Virus record (IMG/VR): IMGVR_UViG_3300025098_000064
Coordinates: 1-53,064 of that record
DNA from: a virus
Taxonomy: Duplodnaviria > Caudoviricetes
DNA length: 53,064 nt
Direction: 5' to 3' (one strand)
Every line of letters begins with the position of its first letter. Positions within the stretch are counted from its first letter, which is position 1. Under the pieces are notes generated by a model. That model worked only from the letters and a program-made list of their open reading frames with translations. It had not been told where the DNA came from and ran no database searches. The translations under genes and the position numbers were made by a program. Positions 1 to 9,134 of this stretch are shown in pieces.

Positions 1-11
1 CAGAAGACGCG

Positions 12-3000
12 ATGCCTGGAAAAGGGTTACCAAAGATTCCTGAGTATGAAAGTCAAGTAGTTCAAACAGTACGAGAACTGTCGTCTATTGTTATGCCTAA
101 CGTGAGCATCATCGGTAGTGGTACAGCTGCTCTTACAAAAGCTTCCAAGGGAAGCAAATTCCTAAGTGATCCATTGGTAAGGAAAATAGGACAAACAGCC
201 TTTGCAGCCGGTACAGGAGCGTTTGTGGACTACGTTACAGAGTTCAATCAGACTGATGACAATGCTGCAGGGGCGTTAAAGAAATCGTTTCCTAATTGGA
301 CTGGATGGATACCAGACAACATTGCAACTTTAGATAGCGATTCACCGGATGTGAAACGCAATAAGAACGTCAATGAAGGCGTTTATCTGGGTATTGGCTC
401 AGACCTTGTTTTAGGACTGGGTAAGCTTGCTAAAGGCATTAAAGGTATTACTGACAGCCTTTGGGTTGGTGAGTCTGAAAAAGGAATGAAATTCCTAAAG
501 AAGAATGCTGTCAAAGAAGGCTCAACAGCTGCAGAAGTTGTTGAAGCCTCAGCAGCTGGCAGACAGATTGAACTAGATGAACTAGGTGGCTATAACTTTG
601 ACAAGTCTCAGAGCCTTGATCAACCTGTATATGGTGTTCATGATTTATATGGTTACCAAGAACAGGGCATTCGTTCACTTGACAATCTTGGAGTAGTTGG
701 TGCTTCAGTAGACGTGGTAAGGATTAGCAAAAACTATGACTCCGTTTATGGGAGGGTAGGAAGTGTATTTTCTGAAAGCGCTCTAAAGTATGGTCTAGAA
801 ACAAGTGAGCAGCAAAACATCCTTATTAATGGACTGGCTTCACAGCTTCGTGATGCTGACCAGTATGGATATAAAACTGCTTCAGGTAATTACATTCCTC
901 ATTCTGAAATTGTAGAGCAGGGAGAAAATCTGGCATCTGAGTTTTACAACATGGATGTTAGACAGATCAAACAGTTTCTTGAAAATAAAAACCTTACAGG
1001 AATTGATCCAGATACAGATATACCAGTCCTTAAAAGCGAAGCTTATGTAGGGGCAATGAAGGCAATCAAGATGTATATGGATGACTTCATGAATATGGAT
1101 GTTGTCAAAGCACAAGCCTATACAGCTACTTCATTAGCAGGACAAGTATCTGACACCGCACAAGGTATGCGTCTGACAGAAGGAACGCCTTCAATCATCA
1201 GAGCACAAGAGCAAATCTTGGATAGGGTTGAATTCTTGATGACTCAGAAGGGTATGACTTCTTATACCCGAGGTAGAGCGCTGAACATGCTGAACTTCTG
1301 GAACCGTATGTCTAAAAAAGGTTCTGATGCGTTCAACATGGCAGAAGCAAAACGTATGAAAAATCTCATCAAGAATGAGAACAATGAAACGTTAGCTGCA
1401 CTTGAAATGATCAAGCAAGATAGTGCAGAGACAATGGCAGTAATTAGAGAGATTAGTGCTGAAAGGCCAGAGATGCTTGCTCCTTTGATGTTTGCTTATG
1501 AGATGACTGACGGCAACGTCAAGACAATGCACCATCTAAATAGGTGGTTGCAGAACTCAACTGGTGTTTTAAATAAAGCATTCATTGATTTAGAACCTGA
1601 AATCCCATCATTGGTGTTGAAAGGTTTCTGGTCTAACTTGTATAATTCAACTCTAGGAGCATTTGCTACTCCTACCAAAGCAGGAATTTCTAATGCTTAT
1701 TTATTGTCTGAAAGGCCAATTAGAGCATTTGCAGGAGCATTACACCAAACGGCGACAACAGGTGATACAACACTGTTGAGACGTGGCTGGTATCAATACA
1801 CATCGATGATTGAAACCTTACAAAGCTCACATCAATACAGCAAGCAAGTATTCAAAAGGTCTGCTTTAGATCCTTATGTGACTGAAGTTCGTGATGACAT
1901 GGGCTTTAGAAATGAACAGGCACTAGAACTTGTAAACATGTATGCAGATGCTGCGGCAGAACGTGGTGAATTTGGCCCACAAGTAATGGCTCAAATAATC
2001 AATGATCAGGCAGCTTTAGCTAATCATCCTTGGACACGTTTTGGAACCAGAGCAATGCAAGCAGAAGATGGTTTTACACAAGCCATGATTGCTGTAGCAG
2101 AAGCAAAGGGAAGAGCATTTGACAGAGTAACTGAAGGTGGCACTAAAGCTTTTGACGCTGAAAAAGCAGAAGCGCTTTATAAGGAAGTGTATGACGGTAT
2201 GTTTGATGAAACAGGGTTAATCACTGACAAAGCAGTACGACATGCAGCTGGTGAAATTGCTATGAACCTGGACAGCAAAGGTAATACTTCATTGTCAGGT
2301 TTAATTAGCCATATGCCAATGGTTAAACCATTTATGTTGTTCACTAAAACACCAATCAATGAATTGGTACTAAGTGCTAGTTACACTCCTGTTAATCCAG
2401 TACAAGCTTTTTACAAAGACTTCGGTGAGTTCGGCAGAAAGTTTGAAGACACACCAACTGAAAAGTTAAAAGAGATATTTACTCGTAGAGGCATCACCGT
2501 TGATGAATTTTCAGCTAAGAATAAGTACGACGAACTTAGAGCTGACGTTATTGGCCGAAGAGCAATGGGAAGCATTGCAGTTACAAGTACTGTCGGTCTA
2601 TTTATGACTGACAGGATTACTGGTGACGGACTACATAACAGGCAAAAGCAAAAAGGTCGTACAGATTACGACTGGAAGCCAAGGTCAATCAAACTTCCAG
2701 GTGGTTATTGGGTCAGCTACGACAACTTAGGCGCTATATCAAATTGGCTTGCGTTGACTGTGAACATCATGGACAACTTCGACAGCCTAGAACCTAATGA
2801 TATGAGCGCTATGCTGAATAAGATGTCATTTATTTTAGGTGCTTCAGTAACTAAGAAATCACACCTAGCAGGTTTAGAAGGATTGTTTGACACCTTAAGT
2901 GGTGACTCAAGTGCAATGGCTAAACATGCAGCTAGCTTTCTAAGCGCAGGAACAATTACTGGTTCTAGTCAGCTTGCTGAAATCTCTAGATTAATGGAAC

Positions 3001-3611
3001 CTGGCAAGAAAGAAGTTGAGATGCAGCTTGATCAACTAATTACAAACCGACTTCCATTCTTAAAAGATACCTTGCCAGACAAGTATGACTGGATTGATGG
3101 CGGTGAAGTTGGAGTACCAGATAACTTCCTTGCAAGACTTGTAAACACCTACCTGCCTTGGAAAATTAACGGAAAAATTAGTCCCGAAAAGCAATTCTTA
3201 ATTGACATTGAGTATGACGCAGTACCTACACTACAAACAAATGGTGCCGGTGTTGAGTATACACCCGAACAAAGGTCAGATATTACTAACCGAATGGGTA
3301 AAGACAAGCTATTCCAGGCTGCTATACGACGTGTAATGGCGCGGGTAGATGCTAAGAAATTTAGAAGCGACTATAAAAAAGCTGTAGATGATGGCTTAAG
3401 TCCAGATTTAACAACCTTTAATGGCGTTCATAAAGAACTAGATTTGGAATTAGGGTTAGCTATGGATAGTGCTGCAGCGGCTTCACCGTATGCAACTGAA
3501 GTACAACGTAAACAGATGGTACAAGACACTGTTGAATTGTATCTACAACGTGGGGACCATAAGGGAGCAAAAGAGTTTATGAACTACATGGAATCAAAGT
3601 TTTCTATCTAA
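12..3611 (+). CDS. Internal virion (ejectosome) protein, T7 gp16-like, phage A; probably 5'-truncated by the window edge
   Basis: 1199-aa ORF directly upstream of the tail fibre. It occupies the same slot as 43407..47537 and shares weak motifs with it (PFMLFTKTP vs LPFFRTG; WVSYDNL vs WVSFAPL). Confidence 0.75.
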   Translation: MPGKGLPKIPEYESQVVQTVRELSSIVMPNVSIIGSGTAALTKASKGSKFLSDPLVRKIGQTAFAAGTGAFVDYVTEFNQTDDNAAGALKKSFPNWTGWIPDNIATLDSDSPDVKRNKNVNEGVYLGIGSDLVLGLGKLAKGIKGITDSLWVGESEKGMKFLKKNAVKEGSTAAEVVEASAAGRQIELDELGGYNFDKSQSLDQPVYGVHDLYGYQEQGIRSLDNLGVVGASVDVVRISKNYDSVYGRVGSVFSESALKYGLETSEQQNILINGLASQLRDADQYGYKTASGNYIPHSEIVEQGENLASEFYNMDVRQIKQFLENKNLTGIDPDTDIPVLKSEAYVGAMKAIKMYMDDFMNMDVVKAQAYTATSLAGQVSDTAQGMRLTEGTPSIIRAQEQILDRVEFLMTQKGMTSYTRGRALNMLNFWNRMSKKGSDAFNMAEAKRMKNLIKNENNETLAALEMIKQDSAETMAVIREISAERPEMLAPLMFAYEMTDGNVKTMHHLNRWLQNSTGVLNKAFIDLEPEIPSLVLKGFWSNLYNSTLGAFATPTKAGISNAYLLSERPIRAFAGALHQTATTGDTTLLRRGWYQYTSMIETLQSSHQYSKQVFKRSALDPYVTEVRDDMGFRNEQALELVNMYADAAAERGEFGPQVMAQIINDQAALANHPWTRFGTRAMQAEDGFTQAMIAVAEAKGRAFDRVTEGGTKAFDAEKAEALYKEVYDGMFDETGLITDKAVRHAAGEIAMNLDSKGNTSLSGLISHMPMVKPFMLFTKTPINELVLSASYTPVNPVQAFYKDFGEFGRKFEDTPTEKLKEIFTRRGITVDEFSAKNKYDELRADVIGRRAMGSIAVTSTVGLFMTDRITGDGLHNRQKQKGRTDYDWKPRSIKLPGGYWVSYDNLGAISNWLALTVNIMDNFDSLEPNDMSAMLNKMSFILGASVTKKSHLAGLEGLFDTLSGDSSAMAKHAASFLSAGTITGSSQLAEISRLMEPGKKEVEMQLDQLITNRLPFLKDTLPDKYDWIDGGEVGVPDNFLARLVNTYLPWKINGKISPEKQFLIDIEYDAVPTLQTNGAGVEYTPEQRSDITNRMGKDKLFQAAIRRVMARVDAKKFRSDYKKAVDDGLSPDLTTFNGVHKELDLELGLAMDSAAAASPYATEVQRKQMVQDTVELYLQRGDHKGAKEFMNYMESKFSI

Positions 3612-3619
3612 AAGGATAA

Positions 3620-5221
3620 ATGGCAACTACACAAACTACATATACAGGTAATGGTTCTACAACGAACTATGCTTTTACATTTGAATATATTAGCCAGGCA
3701 GACATCAAAGCCTCCCTTGATGGTACTGTAACAACAGCATTTACGTTAGCAAACGCAACGACAGTTGCCTTTAATACTGCACCAGCTTCTGGTGTCAACA
3801 TCATTATCTTCCGAGATACTGCTAATGACACTAGGGCAGCAACATTCTTTGCTGGATCAGCTATTAAAGCAGAAGATCTGAATGCAAACTTTGATCAGAT
3901 TACATACGTTGCACAGGAGACTGAAAACAACTCAATGAATTCATTGGGTGCAACGATGTCTGGTCAGCTCAATATGGGCAACCAAAAAATTGTAAGTCTA
4001 GGAGCGCCTACAGCTGCTACTGACGCTAGTACTCGGGGGTATGTAGATGGTCTAATCACTACCCACCAAGCACAGGTAGATGCAGCGGCAGCATCTCAAG
4101 CGGCAGCGGCGGCTTCTGAGACAGCAGCGGCTACCTCCGAGACAAACGCAGCATCAAGCGCTGCTACATCCACAACACAAGCTACTAACTCAGCAAATAG
4201 CGCTACTGCAAGCGCTAACTCAGCTACAGCTTCGGCTAACAGTGCTACAGCTTCAGCAACTAGCGCAACAGCGTCAGCAGGTTCTGCGAGTACTGCCGCT
4301 ACACAAGCGACTAACTCAGCTAACAGCGCAAGTACCTCTAGTACACAAGCCACTAACTCGTCTAATAGTGCATCAGCTAGCGCCACAAGTGCTAGTCAAG
4401 CCGCCACATCTGAAGCAAACGCAGCCACTAGCGCCACTAATTCGTCAAACAGTGCAACGTCAGCTGCTACTTCGGCAGCTTCTGCACTTGCAGCATTCGA
4501 TAACTTTGACGATACCTATCTAGGAGCTAAGGCTTCTGATCCCACTGTTGATAATGATGGAGATGCGTTGACTGCAGGTGACCTGTACTTCAACACCACT
4601 ACCGAGGTGATGAAGCTGTACACAGGATCTGCATGGGTAATTGCCTATGTGCCTGGTGATGCAGCAAACATTTCATTTACAGCAGCAGGAAACATAGCAG
4701 GAACAAATGTACAAACTGCAATCCAAGAGTTAGATACAGAAAAGGTTCCACGTACAGCAGCAACTGGTTCTGCCGAACTTCCTACTGGTACTACTGCTCA
4801 ACGTGATGCATCCGCTTCTGCCGGTTTAATTCGTTTTAACAGTACCCTTACACAGTTTGAAGGTTATAACGGTACTGCGTGGGGAGCTATTGGTGGCGGT
4901 GGTTTCGATGTACTGTCTGCACCCCCTACATCTCCTGCTCCACAAGGTGGTGATGTTTATTGGGATGATGATGAAGCCATTCCTTATATTTATTATGATC
5001 AAGGTGGTGGTGTAGCCAATTGGATCCCACTTGTCCCACAGCAGAATCCAAAAACTGCAGAAGGTGGAGGTAGTGATGAAATCTTCCACGAAAATGATCA
5101 GGCAGTAACTACTAGCTACACTATTGCTACTGGTAGAAATGCATTAAGTGCTGGTCCTATTACTATTAACACCGGAGCAACAGTAACTGTTAGTGCCGGA
5201 TCTACTTGGGTGATTGTTTAA
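3620..5221 (+). CDS. Tail fibre protein, T7 gp17-like, phage A
   Basis: N-terminal YTGNGSTTNYAFTFEY...AEDLNANFDQ resembles the T7 gp17 attachment domain. It is followed by a Ser/Ala/Thr heptad shaft, a DNDGDAL motif and the C-terminus SAGPITI...WVIV. Confidence 0.88.
   Translation: MATTQTTYTGNGSTTNYAFTFEYISQADIKASLDGTVTTAFTLANATTVAFNTAPASGVNIIIFRDTANDTRAATFFAGSAIKAEDLNANFDQITYVAQETENNSMNSLGATMSGQLNMGNQKIVSLGAPTAATDASTRGYVDGLITTHQAQVDAAAASQAAAAASETAAATSETNAASSAATSTTQATNSANSATASANSATASANSATASATSATASAGSASTAATQATNSANSASTSSTQATNSSNSASASATSASQAATSEANAATSATNSSNSATSAATSAASALAAFDNFDDTYLGAKASDPTVDNDGDALTAGDLYFNTTTEVMKLYTGSAWVIAYVPGDAANISFTAAGNIAGTNVQTAIQELDTEKVPRTAATGSAELPTGTTAQRDASASAGLIRFNSTLTQFEGYNGTAWGAIGGGGFDVLSAPPTSPAPQGGDVYWDDDEAIPYIYYDQGGGVANWIPLVPQQNPKTAEGGGSDEIFHENDQAVTTSYTIATGRNALSAGPITINTGATVTVSAGSTWVIV
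4080..4490 (+). repeat. Ser/Ala/Thr-rich heptad repeats (SATASAN-type) in the tail fibre shaft
   Basis: Degenerate 21-nt/7-aa periodicity is visible in the translation. The counterpart is at about 48014..48424. Confidence 0.8.
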
Positions 5222-5223
5222 CT

Positions 5224-5943
5224 ATGGCTATTACATTTCCCGCCAGTCCTGCAAATGGTGCAACGTATACTAATCCTACGACTGGCGTTCAATATATTTA
5301 TAACACAGCAGATGGTGTTTGGAAGACTTATGTCTGGCCTACTAACACCAATTATCTGCAGCTCACTGGTGGTACGTTAACTGGTGACTTAGCACTAGGT
5401 ACTAATGATCTAAGTGCTCAAGATATTACAGCCACTGGTGGTCTAACTATTGGAAATGGGTTAACTGTTTCTGACGGTAACATCGTTATGGCAGCTGGGC
5501 ACGGCATTGACTTCAGTGCTGACGCTAACGCTGCTGGAATGACAAATGAGTTGCTGGATGATTATGAAGAAGGTACTTGGACTCCAGTCATAAATGCAGG
5601 TACATTTTCTGCTAGCAATAATTATTATATAAAAATTGGGAACATTGTTCATTTGTCAACGCTGCTACATTCATTTTCAAATATAACTAACACCAGTCAG
5701 ATCACTGTTAGTGGCATTCCTTTTCTCAAAAAAAGTGATACTCAAGGTATTTCTTCAGTGTTTTTTAGATATATCGATAACGGGTCTAACACTTACTTAA
5801 CCGCATTTATGGGTGCAGATGGGGTTAAATTTTACGGTATGAATCCAGGTAATGGTACTAACTATGCCGAAGTTGATTACCAACATTTAACTTCCACTGC
5901 CAATTCTCAAATGCGGTTTCTTATGACTTACGTAACTGACTAG
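5224..5943 (+). CDS. Accessory tail fibre/adhesin-like protein (phage A only)
   Basis: ATG at 5224 (MAITFPASPANGATYT). It contains LTGGTLTGDL and GIDFSA...LLDDYEEGTWTP...YIKIGNIV motifs typical of marine phage tail-fibre modules. Confidence 0.7.
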   Translation: MAITFPASPANGATYTNPTTGVQYIYNTADGVWKTYVWPTNTNYLQLTGGTLTGDLALGTNDLSAQDITATGGLTIGNGLTVSDGNIVMAAGHGIDFSADANAAGMTNELLDDYEEGTWTPVINAGTFSASNNYYIKIGNIVHLSTLLHSFSNITNTSQITVSGIPFLKKSDTQGISSVFFRYIDNGSNTYLTAFMGADGVKFYGMNPGNGTNYAEVDYQHLTSTANSQMRFLMTYVTD

Positions 5944-5992
5944 AAACCCCCCCCCCATATAAACCTATCACTGCCAGTCGGCAGTCCTTAAA

Positions 5993-6249
5993 ATGGCATT
6001 TACAGAACACACAGAATACAAGGAAGAGATCCTTCCAAATCAAGTTATCCAAGTGCGTCGTGCTGACGTAATTAAAAAGACGGTGTTGAAGTAGGTCGTA
6101 CCTATCACCGCAACGTTGTTGTCCCTGGACAAGACGTAAGCGATCAACCAGCTGAAGTACAAGCTATTGCAGCTGCACTATGGACAGAAGAAGTTGTCTC
6201 TGCTTATCAAGCACAAGTAGCAGCTAGTGCATTACCTGAGGGTGAATAA
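5993..6249 (+). pseudogene. Small tail-fibre-associated protein split by a 1-nt frameshift at about 6074-6079
   Basis: MAFTEHTEYKEEILPNQVIQVRRADVIKK continues in the -1 frame as DGVEVGRTYHRNVVVPGQDVSDQPAEVQAIAAALWTEEVVSAYQ...GE*. The stop overlaps the next ATG at 6249. Confidence 0.7.
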
Positions 6250-6980
6250 TGCCTATTCGTATTGACGGAACTAATACCGCCGCTAATCCAGGTATTACGG
6301 GAGCAGACGCCGACACAGGTCTGCAATTTGGAACAGATGAAGTCAAGATTCTTACTGGTGGGACGGAACGGGTAACGGTCGATAGCGCGGGAAGAGTAGG
6401 CGTAGGTTCAGCTCCTATAGAAACGTTTCACATTAAAGGAGGTACAGTCACAAAATTAAATCTTGAGTCAAACAGTTCTACTGGTACAAGTGGGATTCAA
6501 TTTGGCGACCCAGAAGACATAAATGCAGGTCGTATTCAATATGAACACAATGATAATAGTCTTAACATTTACGTTAATGGGCTGCAAAAGCTAAGGATAA
6601 ATGAACATGGGCGTTTAAGCGGTGACGCTCTTGCTGTTTCACATGTTATTGCTCTGATTTATGCAAGATTAATATCACACGGAGGTTGCAGTAGTGGCGG
6701 ACCAAGCGGTACTTTCACCACTTTCGACAGTAGCCAGATTTCTTTTAAAACAGTTTCACGTACTACAACATCAGCTCCAACCAACTACACCTTCTTTGGA
6801 GATAACAGTGGTCATGCTTTTTTCTTATACGTTGGTTGTAACGATAGGCCAGCTATTGGCGTTACTGATGCAAGTGTCGCTGAGGGCTCTACATACCGCT
6901 CGTGGCTTTGTATCCACAAAGATTTTGTAGGAGCATTACTGGGACTTCCTACTAACACAACAAGAACTAATTTACCATGA
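6249..6980 (+). CDS. Accessory tail fibre protein (slot 1, phage A)
   Basis: Its N-terminus is homologous to that of 49002..50477. The ERVTVDSAGRVGVG...P...FHIKG repeat is typical of fibre shafts. Confidence 0.7.
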   Translation: MPIRIDGTNTAANPGITGADADTGLQFGTDEVKILTGGTERVTVDSAGRVGVGSAPIETFHIKGGTVTKLNLESNSSTGTSGIQFGDPEDINAGRIQYEHNDNSLNIYVNGLQKLRINEHGRLSGDALAVSHVIALIYARLISHGGCSSGGPSGTFTTFDSSQISFKTVSRTTTSAPTNYTFFGDNSGHAFFLYVGCNDRPAIGVTDASVAEGSTYRSWLCIHKDFVGALLGLPTNTTRTNLP

Positions 6981-7168
6981 CTCTATCTTATAAATTTATT
7001 GATTGCACAAATCAACTAGCTGAAGCCGAAGATAGCAACGGCAATAAATGGATGTTTTTGGCTGACGACACCACCAATCCAGCTCAACAAGTTTGGGCAA
7101 ACACTTACCCCCTGCCTGAAATTACTATATGTAATGACCCGGTTCCTGCTGATTCTGAGGATGAATAA
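6977..7168 (+). CDS. Small hypothetical protein, possible fibre chaperone
   Basis: 63-aa ORF translationally coupled at both ends (ATGA and TAATG overlaps). Confidence 0.6.
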   Translation: MTLSYKFIDCTNQLAEAEDSNGNKWMFLADDTTNPAQQVWANTYPLPEITICNDPVPADSEDE

Positions 7169-7794
7169 TGCCTATTAAATTAAACGGGGCAACGTCTGGT
7201 TCGGTTGAACTGGGTGTGCCCGACGCCGTAACTGGTGGTGATGTAACACTTACTTTGCCACCTAATGATGGCAGTGCTGGGCAATTTCTAAACACCAATG
7301 GTTCTGGTGCTTTAAGTTTTGCAACCATTGCACCATTTTCTGAGGTAGATAATTGGCGTCTTACTGCTGATAAGCAAGGATCAGACACTGACGTCACTGC
7401 TAATTTTGAAAGAGTTGATGCCGCCACCTCTGCCTACATTGGATCAGGCATGAGCGTATCTTCTGGGATTTGGACATTTCCTCAAACTGGTATTTACTTT
7501 ATACTTTACACCGCGTCGTTTGTTCACGACGGCAATGATAATTCTGGGCTACAACTACTATCGACTACTAACGGTGGTAATACTTTTGATATACTTTGCC
7601 AAGCCATTGACGGCAACACTGCTGGAGAAGACAGAACTGGAAGTGCGACCGCTTTTGCTATTGTTGACGTAACAGATACGTCCAACGTAAAGGTAAAATT
7701 TAAATGTGATTCTTTTGCTGCTACCAGTAGGCTATTAGGTAATTCTAACCAAAGTGAAACCCATTTTTTGTTCGTTCGTATTGGAGATACTTAA
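7168..7794 (+). CDS. Accessory tail fibre protein (slot 2, phage A)
   Basis: The first 18 aa (MPIKLNGATSGSVELGVP) are identical to 50480..51118. TLPPNDGSAGQFLNTNGSGALSF linker followed by a beta-rich C-terminal domain. Confidence 0.7.
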   Translation: MPIKLNGATSGSVELGVPDAVTGGDVTLTLPPNDGSAGQFLNTNGSGALSFATIAPFSEVDNWRLTADKQGSDTDVTANFERVDAATSAYIGSGMSVSSGIWTFPQTGIYFILYTASFVHDGNDNSGLQLLSTTNGGNTFDILCQAIDGNTAGEDRTGSATAFAIVDVTDTSNVKVKFKCDSFAATSRLLGNSNQSETHFLFVRIGDT

Positions 7795-8964
7795 ATGAGT
7801 ACAATTAAAGTAAACAATATCGACCCACCTAATGTAGGTGAGGGCGTCAGTATTGACGGCTTGCAGATGCCAACTGCTGGGGCGCTAAGTAACAGGAATT
7901 TGATCCAAAATGGCGCTATGACAGTGGCGCAGAGAGGTATCTCATACACTGGTTCAGACGCCTATGCCGGGCCAGATAGGTACGTCGGTTTTATCAATGC
8001 AACCAGTTATCAATGTGAAAGGTCACAGCAGATTGATGCGCCTGCCGATTCTGGGTTGCAGTACTCTTACCAGCTAAAGACAACTACAGCGAGGACCGGT
8101 ACGGCTGCTGACGAATATCTAGGCTTTGGCCAGTTTATTGAGTTTCAAAATATTCACAACGCTGTGTGGGGAGGCAACACCCATGTCACGGCATCTTTTT
8201 GGGTTAAATCTTCAATTGCCGGAACTTTTACTCTTAACTTAAACCCTTGCAATACTAACAGTGGTCTTAATAACGATCGTGTTATGTATCACGCAACTTA
8301 CACTATCAATACTGTAAATACGTGGGAGTATAAAGTAATTACTGTACCTCTATCTGGCTTGTCTTCTTATTCGATTTTAAGCACGGCTGGCACAGCACAA
8401 ATTGGACGTGGATTAGAAGTTACTTGGATGCTAGGTGTAAGCTCTGGAGGAAGTAGATCAACCGCTACTCTTGGTTGGAATACAACAGAAGCAAGAAATG
8501 CTACCAGTAGTTTTTCTTCTGATACAGGGTTTCTCTCTACAGTCGGAGCCACGTTCCAACTGACCGGCGTCCAAGTAGAGGTCGGTTCCAAGGCCACCCC
8601 GTTTGAACACGAAAGCTATGGTCAGACCTTGGCTAAGTGTCAGAGGTATCGATATCAAATAGACTTAGGAGATGAAAGTGCGCCACAACACTATCTAATG
8701 TCGCGGTTTGAGGCATCAGCGGGTCCTGCATATGCTTTTGTGCCATTCCCGGCTGAAATGCGGATAGCACCTAATTTTACATATACAGGAGGAACGGCTT
8801 CTTCTTCTGGTTATGCAGGGAATCCATCAATGAATAGATCAACACCATCAGGAGCTAACCTTATATCATCACGAAATATAAGTGCAAACTTTACAGTATA
8901 TTTAAGACCGACTGCGCTCCCTAGTAGTGGTATTCTTATTCTAAATTTTGATGCTGAACTATGA
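7795..8964 (+). CDS. Accessory tail fibre protein with putative carbohydrate-binding domain (slot 3, phage A/B junction)
   Basis: NRNLIQNGAMTVAQRG and TGVQVEVGSKATPFEH...LAKCQRY motifs. Both termini are shared with 51486..52598. Confidence 0.75.
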   Translation: MSTIKVNNIDPPNVGEGVSIDGLQMPTAGALSNRNLIQNGAMTVAQRGISYTGSDAYAGPDRYVGFINATSYQCERSQQIDAPADSGLQYSYQLKTTTARTGTAADEYLGFGQFIEFQNIHNAVWGGNTHVTASFWVKSSIAGTFTLNLNPCNTNSGLNNDRVMYHATYTINTVNTWEYKVITVPLSGLSSYSILSTAGTAQIGRGLEVTWMLGVSSGGSRSTATLGWNTTEARNATSSFSSDTGFLSTVGATFQLTGVQVEVGSKATPFEHESYGQTLAKCQRYRYQIDLGDESAPQHYLMSRFEASAGPAYAFVPFPAEMRIAPNFTYTGGTASSSGYAGNPSMNRSTPSGANLISSRNISANFTVYLRPTALPSSGILILNFDAEL

Positions 8965-9012
8965 ACTACAAACTAATGTACCACGAGCCAGATTTTCCTG
9001 GTAACTGTGTTG
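8629..9012. repeat. 384-bp perfect direct repeat, copy 1 (copy 2 at 52263..52646)
   Basis: Base-by-base comparison found no mismatch. It is flanked by near-identical sequence with scattered substitutions (about 8565-8628 and 9013-9131). Confidence 0.95.
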
Positions 9013-9134
9013 CCATTAAACTTGAAGACGGTGTAAATCCTTTATACATAGTAAAAGGAGAATCTAATAGCGAATATCAAAAATATCTCGACTGGCTAGC
9101 CGAAGGCAACGAACCACTACCCGCTGATGAATGA
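8961..9134 (+). CDS. Small tail-fibre-associated protein (57 aa, not in the ORF track)
   Basis: MNYKLMYHEPDFPGNC...EYQKYLDWLAEGNEPLPADE*. ATGA overlaps at both ends; paralog at 52595..52771. Confidence 0.75.
   Translation: MNYKLMYHEPDFPGNCVAIKLEDGVNPLYIVKGESNSEYQKYLDWLAEGNEPLPADE

Noticed and set aside
4080-4523. Alternative-frame ORFs 4080..4523 (+), 4096..4386 (-), 48014..48457 (+) and 48111..48299 (-)
   Set aside because: These are stop-free shadows of the low-complexity Ser/Ala/Thr fibre shaft. Their duplication simply follows the fibre paralogy.
8629-9131. Repeat pair as the template and variable repeats of a diversity-generating retroelement
   Set aside because: No reverse transcriptase is present, the core is identical, and the flanking differences are not adenine-specific (e.g. 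GCC/GTT, GAC/GAT, AGC/ACC).
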